This document shows positions 9,231 through 19,557 of a stretch of DNA of 64,000 nucleotides, in pieces. Origin of the DNA: Rhodocyclaceae bacterium (GTDB lineage: Bacteria > Pseudomonadota > Gammaproteobacteria > Burkholderiales > Rhodocyclaceae). The stretch is from contig JAVBXY010000016.1 of assembly GCA_030824275.1 (NCBI GenBank), positions 115,807 to 179,806 on the forward strand. The letters run 5' to 3'. The translations under genes were made by a program, and so were the position numbers. Positions within the stretch are counted from its first letter, which is position 1; each line of letters starts with the position of its first letter. Under the pieces are notes generated by a model, which ran no database searches, had not been told where the DNA came from, and saw nothing but the letters and a program-made list of their open reading frames with translations.

Positions 9231-10148
9231 CTACCCGGTCGATGTGGCCCGGCGCTGGGGAGGACTGGCCAGTCGCAGTTCCTGTTTGAGCCAATCGACG
9301 AAGGCCCGCGTGCGGGCTGGCAGCAGCCGGGCATGGGGATAGACCACGCTGACGGGCCGTGGTGGCGGCTCGAAGTCTTCCAGCAGCGTGACCAGGCGGC
9401 GGGCGGCGAGGTGGGGCGCTACCTGATAGGAAATGAACATGCCGACACCAAGGCCGGCGACGCAGGCATCGACGGCGGGAGCGACATGGTTGAAGTCAAG
9501 GTTGCCGGTCACCGGCAACACGAGCTTTCGCCGGCCATCGTGAAAGGTCCACTCCGGTACCGTGTTGCCGGTGAAGCGAACGCAGTTGGCCTGGAGCAGT
9601 TCGCGCGGATGGCTGGGGGTGCCGTGCCGCCGCAGATAGGCGGGGCTGGCGACGACGACACGGCGGACGTTGCCCAGCGTTTGTGCGACCAGTGAGGAAT
9701 CGTTCAATTCGCCGATGCGGATGCCGACGTCGATGCCTTCCTCCACCAGGTCGACGATGCGGTCGAGCAGCAGGACGCTGCAACGCACGCCCGGATGGCG
9801 CTGGACGAAGCGGGTGACGATGGGCGCCACGTACATCTGCCCGAAGAGAACGGGAGCGGTGATCCGGATGGGACCGAAGGGCTCCTTGCCTTCGCCATTC
9901 AGCGCGGACTCGGCCTCTTCGATGCCGGCCAGCAATCGGCGGCAACTGAGGAGGTAGTCGCGCCCCTCGGCGGTCAAGGCGATGCGCCGCGTGGTGCGAT
10001 TGAAAAGGCGCGTGCCAAGCTGCGTTTCCAGTGCAGCCAGGGTACGCACCACTGCGGGAAGCGAGGAACCCAGCGCGCGGGCGGCGGCGGTAAGGCTGCC
10101 TTCGTCGGCGATACGGACGAAGGTCTGCATTGCTTTGAGTTTGTCCAT
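9231..10148 (-). CDS. LysR-family transcriptional regulator
   Basis: MDKLKAMQTFVRIADEGSLTAAARALGSSLPAVVRTL wHTH. The internal ATG at 10148 is preferred over the ORF start at 10196. Confidence 0.9.
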   Translation of the reverse strand: MDKLKAMQTFVRIADEGSLTAAARALGSSLPAVVRTLAALETQLGTRLFNRTTRRIALTAEGRDYLLSCRRLLAGIEEAESALNGEGKEPFGPIRITAPVLFGQMYVAPIVTRFVQRHPGVRCSVLLLDRIVDLVEEGIDVGIRIGELNDSSLVAQTLGNVRRVVVASPAYLRRHGTPSHPRELLQANCVRFTGNTVPEWTFHDGRRKLVLPVTGNLDFNHVAPAVDACVAGLGVGMFISYQVAPHLAARRLVTLLEDFEPPPRPVSVVYPHARLLPARTRAFVDWLKQELRLASPPQRRATSTG

Positions 10149-10243
10149 GATTCCATTGCTCCAGAAACTGGAATAGTCATCTACATTCTGCACCATTTAT
10201 TAACTATGCCAAACGGCTCAGAATCGCCGGATCCAACACTGAA

Positions 10244-10888
10244 ATGGAGATATCGATGACGAACTTGCCGCTCCCTCGCCCTGCCCGACCGATCAAGCTC
10301 TATCGCTTCCTCCTCTCCGGTCATTCCCATCGCGTTGCACTGTTTCTTTCCCTGCTCGGCCTGCCGTGGGAGCCGGTGGAGATCGACCTGCCGGGCAAGC
10401 AGCAAAAGACGCCCGACTTTCTCGCCCTCAATCCCTTCGGCCAGGTACCGGTGATCGACGACGACGGTGTGGTGATCGCCGACTCCAATGCGATCCTGGT
10501 CTATCTGGCGAAACGATACGGTGACGCCGATTGGTTGCCGTCTGATCCACTGGGGGCGGCTGCGGTGCAACGCTGGCTGTCGGTCGCCGCCGGGCCGCTG
10601 GCCTTCGGCCCGGCGGCGGCGCGCGTTGCATTGATCTTTGGCCGACCGCCCAATACGGAAGCGGTGGAGCGGGCCCACGCACTGCTGACGGTTATGGATG
10701 GCGAACTGGCGCAGCGCGAGTTTCTCGCGGGTCCAAAGCCAAGCCTTGCCGACATCGCCAACTACACCTATGTTGCCCATGCGCCCGAGGGCGGCGTGGC
10801 CCTGGACGACTACCCGCATGTGCGCGCCTGGCTGGCCCGCATCGAGGCACTGCCCCGCTTCGTGCCCATGGCGCGGAAGCCTTCATGA
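10244..10888 (+). CDS. glutathione S-transferase
   Basis: Thioredoxin-like N-domain (KLYRFLLSGHSHRV, NPFGQVPVIDDDG) and a helical C-domain. The start could be the ATG at 10256. Confidence 0.85.
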   Translation: MEISMTNLPLPRPARPIKLYRFLLSGHSHRVALFLSLLGLPWEPVEIDLPGKQQKTPDFLALNPFGQVPVIDDDGVVIADSNAILVYLAKRYGDADWLPSDPLGAAAVQRWLSVAAGPLAFGPAAARVALIFGRPPNTEAVERAHALLTVMDGELAQREFLAGPKPSLADIANYTYVAHAPEGGVALDDYPHVRAWLARIEALPRFVPMARKPS

Positions 10889-11829
10889 TCGAGGGGCGGA
10901 ATGCCGGGATGCCCTATCATGCGGGCGAACTGGCCGTGCAGGAACGCGCCGGCACCCGCGAGCGCGCGGGGATCGCCGGCCGCAAGGGAATCCGCGACCA
11001 CATGCCGGATCAGCACCGCGCATTCTTCGCCCATCTGCCGTTCATCGTCGCGGCATCGCTCGACGACGAATGCCAGCCCTGGGCAAGTCTGATCGCCGGA
11101 CCGCCCGGCTTCATAGCGACACCCACACCGGGGCAAATGGCGATACGGGCGACATTGGCCACGGACGACCCGCTCACGGCACTGCTGGGCGTCGGCCAGG
11201 CGGTGGGCCTGCTGGGGATCGAAGCGCACACGCGACGACGCAACCGCATGAACGGCGTCGTCATCGCCGCGACGGAAAGCGGGCTCGCCATCGACGTCCG
11301 GCAATCCTTCGGCAACTGCCCGAAATACATTCAGGCGCGGGAGGCCCGTTTCGTGGATTTGCCTCAGCCACCCGGCCCCAGCCGGAGCGGGAACGGACTC
11401 GATGCCGATGCGCGTCGTCTGATCGCCATGGCCGATACCTGTTTCATCGCCACGGCCCACCCGGCGGCGACCACCGCCGGACGTGCCGAGCATGGCGTCG
11501 ATGTATCCCACCGCGGGGGACGGCCGGGTTTTGTCCGCGTCGGTGGTGAAGGCCGACTGACCATGCCGGACTTCGCCGGCAACGGCTTCTTCAATACGCT
11601 GGGCAATCTGCAACTGCTGCCGCGTGCCGGCCTGCTGTTCGTCGATTTCGCCAATGGCGACCTGTTGCAGGTGGCCGCAGATGCCGAACTCAGGTGGGAT
11701 GCCCGCGATGTCGGGGCGGAGCCCGGCGCGGAACGCCTGCTGCGCTTCACCCCACGCAGGATGTTTTACCGCGAGAAGGTGTTGCCGCTGCAATGGAGCC
11801 CGCCGATACCTTCACCGTTTCTCCCGTAA
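10885..11829 (+). CDS. pyridoxamine-5'-phosphate-oxidase-like FMN-binding protein
   Basis: YHAGELAVQERAG N-terminus and split-barrel-like repeats. ATGA overlap with the GST stop. Confidence 0.7.
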   Translation: MIEGRNAGMPYHAGELAVQERAGTRERAGIAGRKGIRDHMPDQHRAFFAHLPFIVAASLDDECQPWASLIAGPPGFIATPTPGQMAIRATLATDDPLTALLGVGQAVGLLGIEAHTRRRNRMNGVVIAATESGLAIDVRQSFGNCPKYIQAREARFVDLPQPPGPSRSGNGLDADARRLIAMADTCFIATAHPAATTAGRAEHGVDVSHRGGRPGFVRVGGEGRLTMPDFAGNGFFNTLGNLQLLPRAGLLFVDFANGDLLQVAADAELRWDARDVGAEPGAERLLRFTPRRMFYREKVLPLQWSPPIPSPFLP

Positions 11830-11835
11830 ACGGAA

Positions 11836-11865
11836 AATGGCTCTGAAGCCGCCTTCAGAGCCATT
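11836..11865 (-). terminator. rho-independent terminator of ssb
   Basis: Perfect 13-bp stem AATGGCTCTGAAG / CTTCAGAGCCATT with a 4-nt loop. It is followed on the minus strand by TTTT. Confidence 0.75.
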
Positions 11866-11889
11866 AGACGACTGCCTGAATATTGCGCT

Positions 11890-12360
11890 TCAGAACGGAA
11901 TATCGTCCTCGAAATCGTTGAAGCCGCCACCACCGGAAGGTGCTGTTGCCGGCTTGGCGGCCGGGCGGGAGCTACTGCCCGAGGAACCGCCACCACTTTC
12001 ACGCGGCGGCGCATCGCTCATGCCCTGGCGCGAACCGAGCATCTGCATGGTGTCGGCCACGATCTCGGTGGTGTAGCGGTCGGTGCCATCCTTGTCCTGC
12101 CACTTGCGGGTTTTCAGGGCACCCTCGATGTAGACCTGCGAACCCTTCTTCAGATACTGGCCGGCGATCTCGGCCAGCTTGCGGAAGAACACCACGCGAT
12201 GCCATTCGGTGGCTTCCTTCTTCTCGCCGGTGGACTTGTCCTTCCAACTATCGGTGGTCGCCACGGTGATGTTCACCACGGCATCTCCGTTGGGCATGTA
12301 GCGTGATTCCGGGTCCTTGCCCAGATTGCCGACGAGAATGACCTTGTTAACCGATGCCAT
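11890..12360 (-). CDS. ssb: single-stranded DNA-binding protein
   Basis: [20 protein letters not shown]-fold, a Gly-rich linker and the acidic tail DDIPF. Confidence 0.97.
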   Translation of the reverse strand: MASVNKVILVGNLGKDPESRYMPNGDAVVNITVATTDSWKDKSTGEKKEATEWHRVVFFRKLAEIAGQYLKKGSQVYIEGALKTRKWQDKDGTDRYTTEIVADTMQMLGSRQGMSDAPPRESGGGSSGSSSRPAAKPATAPSGGGGFNDFEDDIPF

Positions 12361-12371
12361 GCGAATTCCTC

Positions 12372-13622
12372 CTAGGATTTTGTATCAAGTATGCCATGGG
12401 CCGGGGCAGCCGCTGCCGATGCAGGAGCTGCGGCCGTTCGCCGGGGTGGCAGGGCGGGCATGGTGGCAGCCACGGCCAGCCAGATGGCGACCATGCCAGC
12501 GCCGCCGATGAAGACCGTTTCAGGGCCGTAGGTCTTGGCCAGCCAGCCGCCCAGGGCACCGCCGAGAAACAGTCCGAATGCCTGGGTGGTGTTATAGACG
12601 CCGAGAGCCGCGCCCTTGGCCCGCGCCGGTGCCACCCGCGAGATCAGCGAGGGCAGCATGGCTTCGAGAATGTTGAAGGCGACGAAGAAGCTCAACAAAC
12701 CACCCGCAACCACGGCGAAATGCCGGTCGCCGAGCCACAGCGCCAGCAGCGTCAGCAGCAGCAGGCCGACGGCGGAGAGGAAGACCGGCTGAATCTTGTT
12801 GCGCTTTTCGGCGACGATGATCGCCGGCACCATCAGCACGAAGGAAACCAGTACCGCCGGCAGATAGACCTTCCAGTGACTGGCGAGCGGCAGATCGCCC
12901 GTGCTCAGGAGCAGGCTGGGGACGACGACGAACATGGACATCTGCACCATGTGCAGCGTGAAGATGCCGAAATTGAGGCGCATCAGGCGGGTGTCGAGCA
13001 GGACCTCGCGGAAGGGCACCTTCGGTCCATGCAAGGGCGGCGGCGGTTCCGGCACCACATGGGTGACCAGACCGATGGCGCTGACCGCGAGCACCGCCGT
13101 CAGCCAGAAGATGCCGGCCATGCCGACCAGCGCATAGAGTGCCGGCGCACCCACCAGCGACAGGGCGAAAACGAGACCGATGGAGGAGCCGATCACCGCC
13201 ATCACCTTGGTGCGATGCTGCTCGCGAGTCAGGTCAGCAGCCAGCGCGGTGACAGCAGCAGAAATCGCCCCGGCGCCCTGGATCACGCGGCCGATGAGTG
13301 CCCACCAGATATCGTGGGACAAGGCCGCGACGACAGAGCCGGCGGCGAACAGCAGCAGACCGAAAATGATGACCTTCTTGCGGCCGAAGGCATCGGAAGC
13401 CATGCCGAAGGGAATCTGGAAAATGGCCTGGGTCAGGCCGTAGGCGCCCAGCGCAATGCCGACCAGGGTCAGGTCGTCACCACCGGGAATACCCTTGGCG
13501 TGCAGGGCGAACACCGGCAGGATCAGGAACAGGCCCAGCATGCGCAGGGCGAAGATTGCTGCGAGCGCCCCGCCCGCGCGTTTTTCGTCGCGGGTCATGA
13601 CGTCGGGGGTGGGGGAAAACAC
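12372..13622 (-). CDS. MFS transporter
   Basis: About 12 hydrophobic helices and the MFS loop motif DAFGRKKVI. The start could be the ATG at 13598. Confidence 0.85.
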   Translation of the reverse strand: MFSPTPDVMTRDEKRAGGALAAIFALRMLGLFLILPVFALHAKGIPGGDDLTLVGIALGAYGLTQAIFQIPFGMASDAFGRKKVIIFGLLLFAAGSVVAALSHDIWWALIGRVIQGAGAISAAVTALAADLTREQHRTKVMAVIGSSIGLVFALSLVGAPALYALVGMAGIFWLTAVLAVSAIGLVTHVVPEPPPPLHGPKVPFREVLLDTRLMRLNFGIFTLHMVQMSMFVVVPSLLLSTGDLPLASHWKVYLPAVLVSFVLMVPAIIVAEKRNKIQPVFLSAVGLLLLTLLALWLGDRHFAVVAGGLLSFFVAFNILEAMLPSLISRVAPARAKGAALGVYNTTQAFGLFLGGALGGWLAKTYGPETVFIGGAGMVAIWLAVAATMPALPPRRTAAAPASAAAAPAHGILDTKS

Positions 13623-13842
13623 GTTGCTTGTGCCTTATTGCCTGCTGGGGGAGGAAACCGCGCCGCGCGGCGCAGGGAGGCTCCGTTGGCGCAAGGGGGT
13701 CGATTGTTGCCGCTCGGCCGGTCGCCGTCAAGCCTGTAACGCATGGACGCCGCCGGACGCTTCGGCTTCCGGCTTCCCTTTTCCACACCGTCGGCATATA
13801 GTTCCGCGCCTTTGGCACGTATTTCCCGTCTGGAGACTTGGT

Positions 13843-14961
13843 GTGAAGATTCTGGTCATTGAAGACGACGCATCCATCCGGGGCAGTCTCGTGCGCATTC
13901 TGTCCCTCGAAGGCCATGAGGCCAGCAGTGCTGCCGACGGCACCAGTGGCCTGGAGCAGGCGGTAACGACACTGCCCGACCTGGTTTTCTCCGACGTCAT
14001 GATGCCGGGCCTGGACGGCTACGAAGTCTGCCGCCGGATCAAGGCCCGCGAGGAAACCCGGCATATCCCGGTGATTTTCATTTCCGGCCAGGAAAACATC
14101 GAAGCCCGCCTGGCCGGCTATGACGCTGGCGGCGAGGATTTCGTCGTCAAGCCGTTCAAGATCGAGGAAATCCTGCGCAAGGTGGCCGTCGCCGCCCGCA
14201 TCGCCAGCGAGACGCGCGCCCTGCTCAGCGCCCGCGACGAAGCGCAACGCAGCGCCGACGAAACCGCCGGCATCCTCGGCGACATGGAAGTGGTGTTCGC
14301 ATTCATGCGCGCCGCCTTCGCCAGCTCGACGCCGGGACAACTCGCCACGGCACTGCTGGCGGCCCTGCGCCAGTACCACCTGCATGGCGCGGTGCAACTC
14401 CGCCTGCCCGATGGCGTGCATACCCGCAGCACCCAGGGCGAGGACATCCCCCTCGAAGCCTCCATCCTCGGCCATCTGAGCCTGCAAGGCCGCGTCTTCG
14501 ATTTCCATGAGCGCAGCGTGTTCAATTGCGGCGGCGTCACCCTGCTGGTGCACGACATGCCCACGGAAAAGATACGGCGCATCCTGCTCGGCGAATACAT
14601 CACCCTGCTGGCGGAAGGGGCCGAGTCGCGGCGCAAGACCATGGAACTCGAAACCGCCGAACGTCGCGCCAAGGCGCGCCTGGAGCAAGCCCATGCCGCC
14701 GCCCAGGCGGGCCTGGCGGCCCTTGGCAATTCCCAACGCGCGTGCAACGACGAGGGCGCAGCGGCGCTGGCGGCGGCCAGCGAGGAACTGGCGCGCGTCT
14801 TCTGCGGCTGCGGCCTCGCCGACAGCCAGGAAACCGCCATCATGGAAGTGGTGGAAACCCAGATCGGTCGACTCGCTGCCCTGTTCGACCTTCATCGGGC
14901 CGCCACTGGCGAGCTGGAGCGCATTGCCGGCCTACTGGCCGCGCAGGACACGCAAGACTGA
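13843..14961 (+). CDS. response regulator: receiver domain plus uncharacterised ~240-aa C-terminal domain
   Basis: GTG start preceded by GGAGA. VKILVIEDD..DVMMPGLDG..KPF receiver signature. I do not recognise the C-terminal part. Confidence 0.8.
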   Translation: MKILVIEDDASIRGSLVRILSLEGHEASSAADGTSGLEQAVTTLPDLVFSDVMMPGLDGYEVCRRIKAREETRHIPVIFISGQENIEARLAGYDAGGEDFVVKPFKIEEILRKVAVAARIASETRALLSARDEAQRSADETAGILGDMEVVFAFMRAAFASSTPGQLATALLAALRQYHLHGAVQLRLPDGVHTRSTQGEDIPLEASILGHLSLQGRVFDFHERSVFNCGGVTLLVHDMPTEKIRRILLGEYITLLAEGAESRRKTMELETAERRAKARLEQAHAAAQAGLAALGNSQRACNDEGAAALAAASEELARVFCGCGLADSQETAIMEVVETQIGRLAALFDLHRAATGELERIAGLLAAQDTQD

Positions 14962-15128
14962 ATCGAGGCGCCCTGCCTGATGACGAATCGATTCCGCTGA
15001 TTCGCGAATCGAAACCGCGAATTGGCGAGCCGGGGCCGCTAACGTTGAAACTAGTGCGCTGAAAAAGATTGTCCTTGTTCCGCGTCCTGCGGCAAAGGGA
15101 CACCACCATGCGGCAATGGGGAGACACC

Positions 15129-16754
15129 ATGAATCACATGAAAATCAAGACCCGGTTTTATATTTTGATCGGGTTCTCGGCCTTGATGCTGCTCTGGGTC
15201 GGCGTCACCGGGCTGACGGGCATCGGTGCGTCGAACGCAACGATCTCCGAGCTTTATAACGACAATCTGCTGGCCATCGAGAATCTCAATGAGATTCGCA
15301 ACAGCCAGATGCAGATACACATCACGCTGGCCGTCGCCCGCCAGGAAACCGATCCGTTCGAGATCGTCGCTCAGACCGATAGGATCGGCGGCATGATCTA
15401 CCGGATCGAGAACCTGCTGAAGGGATACGAAGGCCGCAAGCTGGCGCCGGAAGAGCGCCAGCTTTTCGACAACTTCGTCAAGGCACGCATGAACTTCGGC
15501 CGCAACGGCGTGATGCCGATGATCGGCCTCCTGCAACAGGAAAAGTTCGCCGAGGCAGACAACTTGCGCAAGACGGTCATGGACCCGGCCTATGCCGCCG
15601 CGTCTGCCGCCATCGATACATTGCTGAAGTATCAGGTCACCCATGCCCGCGCCGCATACGAGGCGGCCAGCGCCGACGCCCGGCGGGTACGCATGATCAC
15701 CATCGGCAGCATGGTGATCGGCCTGACCCTGTCCATCCTCGCCGGCCTGTTCATCACGCGGGCCATTACCGACAGCGTCGGTCGCCTGATGGGTGCCGCC
15801 TCGGGACTGGCCGACGGCAACCTGGCGATGCGCGTGGACATACGCGGCGGCTGCGAACTCAGCCAGGTGGGGCAAGCCTTCAACAAGATGGCCGAGGATT
15901 TTTCAGCGACCCTGAGCCAAGTTCAACAGGCATCGACCAAAGTGGTCGGAAACTCAGCCGATGTCGCGGACACCTCGAAACTGGTGGCGCAGGCCTCTCG
16001 GCACCAGGCCGAGCAGGCCGCCGATGCATCCGCCTCCGCCGACCGGCTGAAGCTTGCGATCAATGCACTCGTCGCGCGCAGCGAAGAGGCCGCTGGCGCC
16101 GCAGAGGAAACCAGCGAACTGGCGATCCAGGGTCAGCAAGTGGTCAATCAGGCGGTCAGCGGCATTCGCGACATCGCCACCACCTTCGGCGCTTCGGCGC
16201 GGCTGGTGGATGCGCTGGGCCAGCGCTCCGACCAGATCGGCGCCATTGTCGCGGTGATCAAGGACATCGCCGACCAGACCAACCTGCTCGCACTCAACGC
16301 AGCTATCGAAGCCGCCCGCGCCGGCGAACAGGGCCGTGGTTTTGCCGTGGTCGCCGACGAGGTACGCAAGCTGGCGGAACGCACCACCAATGCCACCTCC
16401 GAGATATCGACGATGATCGCCTCCATCCAGGGCGAAACCCGTGAGGCCGTCGTCAACATGGAAGCGGGCGGACGCCAGGTGGACACCGGCCTGCAACTGG
16501 CCGAGCAGGCCGGCCAAGCGCTGGAACGCATCAATGCCAGCATCAGCAGCGTAGCGGCGGCGATCCGGGAAACGGCGGCGGCGACCCATGAGCAGGCCAC
16601 CACCAGCCAGGATATTTCCGGGCGCGTCGACAGCATTGCCAGCATGGCCACCGAAAACAGCGCGGCCGTGGGCGGCACCACCGAGGCCATGGACGGCCTG
16701 AAGCAACTGGCGGAAAACCTTCAGCAACTGGTCTCGCGCTTTCGGCTGGCCTGA
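15129..16754 (+). CDS. methyl-accepting chemotaxis protein (4-helix-bundle sensor, HAMP, MA domain)
   Basis: ATG at 15129 gives [15 protein letters not shown] (TM1). Conserved signalling hairpin [40 protein letters not shown]. Confidence 0.9.
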   Translation: MNHMKIKTRFYILIGFSALMLLWVGVTGLTGIGASNATISELYNDNLLAIENLNEIRNSQMQIHITLAVARQETDPFEIVAQTDRIGGMIYRIENLLKGYEGRKLAPEERQLFDNFVKARMNFGRNGVMPMIGLLQQEKFAEADNLRKTVMDPAYAAASAAIDTLLKYQVTHARAAYEAASADARRVRMITIGSMVIGLTLSILAGLFITRAITDSVGRLMGAASGLADGNLAMRVDIRGGCELSQVGQAFNKMAEDFSATLSQVQQASTKVVGNSADVADTSKLVAQASRHQAEQAADASASADRLKLAINALVARSEEAAGAAEETSELAIQGQQVVNQAVSGIRDIATTFGASARLVDALGQRSDQIGAIVAVIKDIADQTNLLALNAAIEAARAGEQGRGFAVVADEVRKLAERTTNATSEISTMIASIQGETREAVVNMEAGGRQVDTGLQLAEQAGQALERINASISSVAAAIRETAAATHEQATTSQDISGRVDSIASMATENSAAVGGTTEAMDGLKQLAENLQQLVSRFRLA

Positions 16755-16782
16755 GCGCCCAGGGGGCGTCTCCGCCCGGTTC

Positions 16783-18705
16783 TTAAACCACAGCGCGTTT
16801 CTGCGGTAACCACAACACCAGGCGCGTGCCAGCGGCACTCGACTCCCAACGGATGCGGCCGCCGATTGCCCGCGTCCGCCGCTCCTGGTTCGACAGGCCC
16901 TTGCCACCGCTGTGCATCGCTGATGCCAGATCAAAACCCTGCCCGTTGTCGGTGATGGCGATCACCACACCATCGCCATCGACATCGGTGGTGACGCGGA
17001 TTTCCGTGGCACGGGTGTGCTTGATGATATTGGTGAAGGCCTCCTGAAGAATGCGCAGGATGTGCAGCGCATTACGCGGATCGAGCCAGTCGAGGGCGGG
17101 CACGTCCTGCACTTCCCAACGCAAGGCGATGCCGGAATTTTCCAGACGACTACCCAGCCGGTAGCGCAACGCAGCCAGCAGCAATAGCAGATCGGCATCC
17201 ACCGGCTCCATGGAATCGATGGTCAGCTTGAGATCATCGATGCAGGCCTTGAGCACCTCGGCGATCACCGTCTCGTCGGCCTGCCCCTTCTCCACCGCCC
17301 ACAGGGCCGTACGCAAGGAAGAGCCGAGTCCATCGTGCATGTCCTGCATCAGGCGCTGACGTTCCTGGCTCAGGGTCTCGCGCTGTTCGACCAGGCGCAG
17401 GCGCTGATAGCTTTCATCGAGATCAGCCTCCCGTTGCATGAGCCGCTGTTCGAGGCTGGCGTTGCTCCGCTCCACCTCGTCGATGGCATCCACATAGCGG
17501 CGATACATGATGTAGCTGAAAATGGAAAAGGTCACCAGATTGGTATAGGCACCGAGATACCAGCCTTCCTGATGGATGAAATTGTTCTGCAACAACCAGT
17601 CGTCGGCGCCGAGCAAGGTGCAGATGCCGACACCGACGGCCAGCAGCATGCCCGTGCGGGAGCGATGCCAGGAGCCGATGGCGCCGGCCACCGACACGCT
17701 GATGCCCATCAGCATGGCGAACAGATAGATCAGGGGCCGGACGCCCGTTGTGTTGGGCAGCATGGACAGCTCCGGCAGCGTCAGCACGGCCATCGCAGCA
17801 GCAATGCCAACGAGGACATTGGTCACTCGCGGCTGCTTCCTGCCATGCAGTTCCAGCTGAAAGAAATGTACCGTGACGATGAGCCAGAACAGGGAGTTCA
17901 CCGTCAACCAGCCGAACATGTCCTGGCCAATCGGTACACCGACGTAGAAATGCAGGCCACGCAGATAGGAGGTGACAGACAGGATGAAGAACATCAGGTA
18001 GCGCGTCTCGTGCCGGCGCCGGTTCCAGACGAACAAGGAGAACAAGCCCACGGCCAGAAAGGCCGCGCCGCACATGGCCGGCAACTCGGTCTGGAACCAC
18101 AGACGCAGTTCGTAGCGCCAGCGCAGGGCCGTCGCCTCGCCGATCCACAGGGACGTCAAGGCCACCGGACTCCTGGGCGAATGCGCCATGCGGATCAGCA
18201 ATTCGCGCGGCGGCGTATGGTCAGCCTCCAGCGCATCATCAAGAACGACCCACAGCGGCACCCGTGAGCTGTTCCACAGCGCGCCCTGAATCTGCGCTTG
18301 ATGGAGTCGATGTCCGTCGCCATAGACCGCCACCGGGCCATCGACCTTGATGCGGGCGGCGTAGAGCACCAGCGGGCCATGTTGCAGGGGAAGGTCGGGA
18401 AGACGCAGGCGATACCAGAGCGTCCGCGCCATGCAACCGTTGTTCAGACTGGCATTCACCTTGGACAGGCTTCTCGGCAGGGGCGCGTCGGGCAACTCGA
18501 CCGTAGTCCATTCTCCCTGGAGGTGGCGACTATCCACCTCGGACGGCGGCGCACCGGACGTATCGCAATCCACCGCCAGCACTTCCGCCCGAATGAGATG
18601 CGCCGCCTGGCCATCTTCACCCCAGGCCGCCATGGCGGCGAACAGCAGGCCAGCGGCCCCCAGGGCGCGGCTAGTCCGCCAACAGGCCTTGATTGCGCGC
18701 TTCAT
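16783..18705 (-). CDS. 7TMR-DISM-type sensor histidine kinase (HisKA_3/HATPase)
   Basis: Signal peptide, extracytoplasmic domain, seven hydrophobic helices, coiled coil, H-box QDMHDGLGS, and ATPase motifs ..DNGQGF.., GGKGL. Confidence 0.85.
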   Translation of the reverse strand: MKRAIKACWRTSRALGAAGLLFAAMAAWGEDGQAAHLIRAEVLAVDCDTSGAPPSEVDSRHLQGEWTTVELPDAPLPRSLSKVNASLNNGCMARTLWYRLRLPDLPLQHGPLVLYAARIKVDGPVAVYGDGHRLHQAQIQGALWNSSRVPLWVVLDDALEADHTPPRELLIRMAHSPRSPVALTSLWIGEATALRWRYELRLWFQTELPAMCGAAFLAVGLFSLFVWNRRRHETRYLMFFILSVTSYLRGLHFYVGVPIGQDMFGWLTVNSLFWLIVTVHFFQLELHGRKQPRVTNVLVGIAAAMAVLTLPELSMLPNTTGVRPLIYLFAMLMGISVSVAGAIGSWHRSRTGMLLAVGVGICTLLGADDWLLQNNFIHQEGWYLGAYTNLVTFSIFSYIMYRRYVDAIDEVERSNASLEQRLMQREADLDESYQRLRLVEQRETLSQERQRLMQDMHDGLGSSLRTALWAVEKGQADETVIAEVLKACIDDLKLTIDSMEPVDADLLLLLAALRYRLGSRLENSGIALRWEVQDVPALDWLDPRNALHILRILQEAFTNIIKHTRATEIRVTTDVDGDGVVIAITDNGQGFDLASAMHSGGKGLSNQERRTRAIGGRIRWESSAAGTRLVLWLPQKRAVV

Positions 18706-19366
18706 AGATCGCTTCAGCTTTGGAGGTCACCTTGAGCTTGCTGTAGATGCGGCGCACGAAGGTCAGCACCGTGTGGCGGGATACCTGCATCAGACCGGCG
18801 ATCTCGTCTGCCGTGAAACCTTTGGTGATCAGGTCCAGCACTTCCTTTTCCCGCGCCGACAACTGCGCTGTCTCGCCCCGCGCGTCCGCATTCGCCGATG
18901 GCCGGGGCGGTGTGCTTTGGCGAAAACGCATCAGCACCTTGCGCGCGATCAGCGGACTGATCGGACTGCCACCGGCATTCAGGCTGCGGATCTCGTCCAT
19001 CATGTTCTTGGGATCGCTGTCCTTGAGCAGATAACCCGCTGCGCCGGCCTCGATGGACGTCATGACATGGGCTTCGTCGCCGAACACCGTGCTCACCATC
19101 ACCCCGCAGTCGGGCCAGGCATTCAGGGCGGCGCGAATCACATCGATCCCCGAACCATCGGGAAGACCCAGATCCACCACCAGCACGTCGGCGGGCGGCC
19201 CTTTCAGCAAACGCAAGCCTTCGGCCCGCGTACTGGCGAGACCGGCCAGCACCAGATCACCGCTGGCAACGACTGCCGCGACGAAGGCGTTCTGGTAGTC
19301 CATGTCGTCTTCCACCAGGACGACGTGGATTTTTTCGATCTGGGTGAGGGGTTGCTGTGTTGTCAT
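18671..19366 (-). CDS. NarL/LuxR-family response regulator
   Basis: ATG at 19366 gives MTTQQPLTQIEKIHVVLVEDD. Receiver domain plus C-terminal LuxR HTH (LSAREKEVLDLITKGFTADEIAGLMQVSRHTVLTFVRRIYSKL). Confidence 0.9.
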   Translation of the reverse strand: MTTQQPLTQIEKIHVVLVEDDMDYQNAFVAAVVASGDLVLAGLASTRAEGLRLLKGPPADVLVVDLGLPDGSGIDVIRAALNAWPDCGVMVSTVFGDEAHVMTSIEAGAAGYLLKDSDPKNMMDEIRSLNAGGSPISPLIARKVLMRFRQSTPPRPSANADARGETAQLSAREKEVLDLITKGFTADEIAGLMQVSRHTVLTFVRRIYSKLKVTSKAEAIYEARNQGLLAD

Positions 19367-19466
19367 GTACTGGAGTCTCGTTGCAGGGCAAAAACCCTCC
19401 TGTCCTATCCGCCGGGAATAAGACAACGGATTGAGAGTAGCATCCATCCGCTGCATTGAAACTGCT

Positions 19467-19486
19467 TGTCCCCATAACTTGGGACA
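19467..19486. promoter_or_regulatory. palindrome TGTCCC-N8-GGGACA in the divergent regulator/lectin intergenic region
   Basis: Read directly from the sequence, 70-90 nt upstream of the lectin gene start. Size and symmetry fit a dimeric LuxR-type HTH site. No experimental support. Confidence 0.3.
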
Positions 19487-19557
19487 GACAAACGACAGTT
19501 CCCGTCCTACTCTGTTCTGGTGTCCTCCACGGGCTCCCCCATCAATTTCCCCTTGCC

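Noticed and set aside
12354-14895. ORFs 12354-13739 (+) and 13477-14895 (-), and the long 5' extension of the response-regulator ORF (13456-13842)
   Set aside because: These are shadow frames of the MFS and regulator genes. The receiver domain begins at the GTG at 13843, which has a GGAGA RBS, and the extension would overlap the MFS gene.
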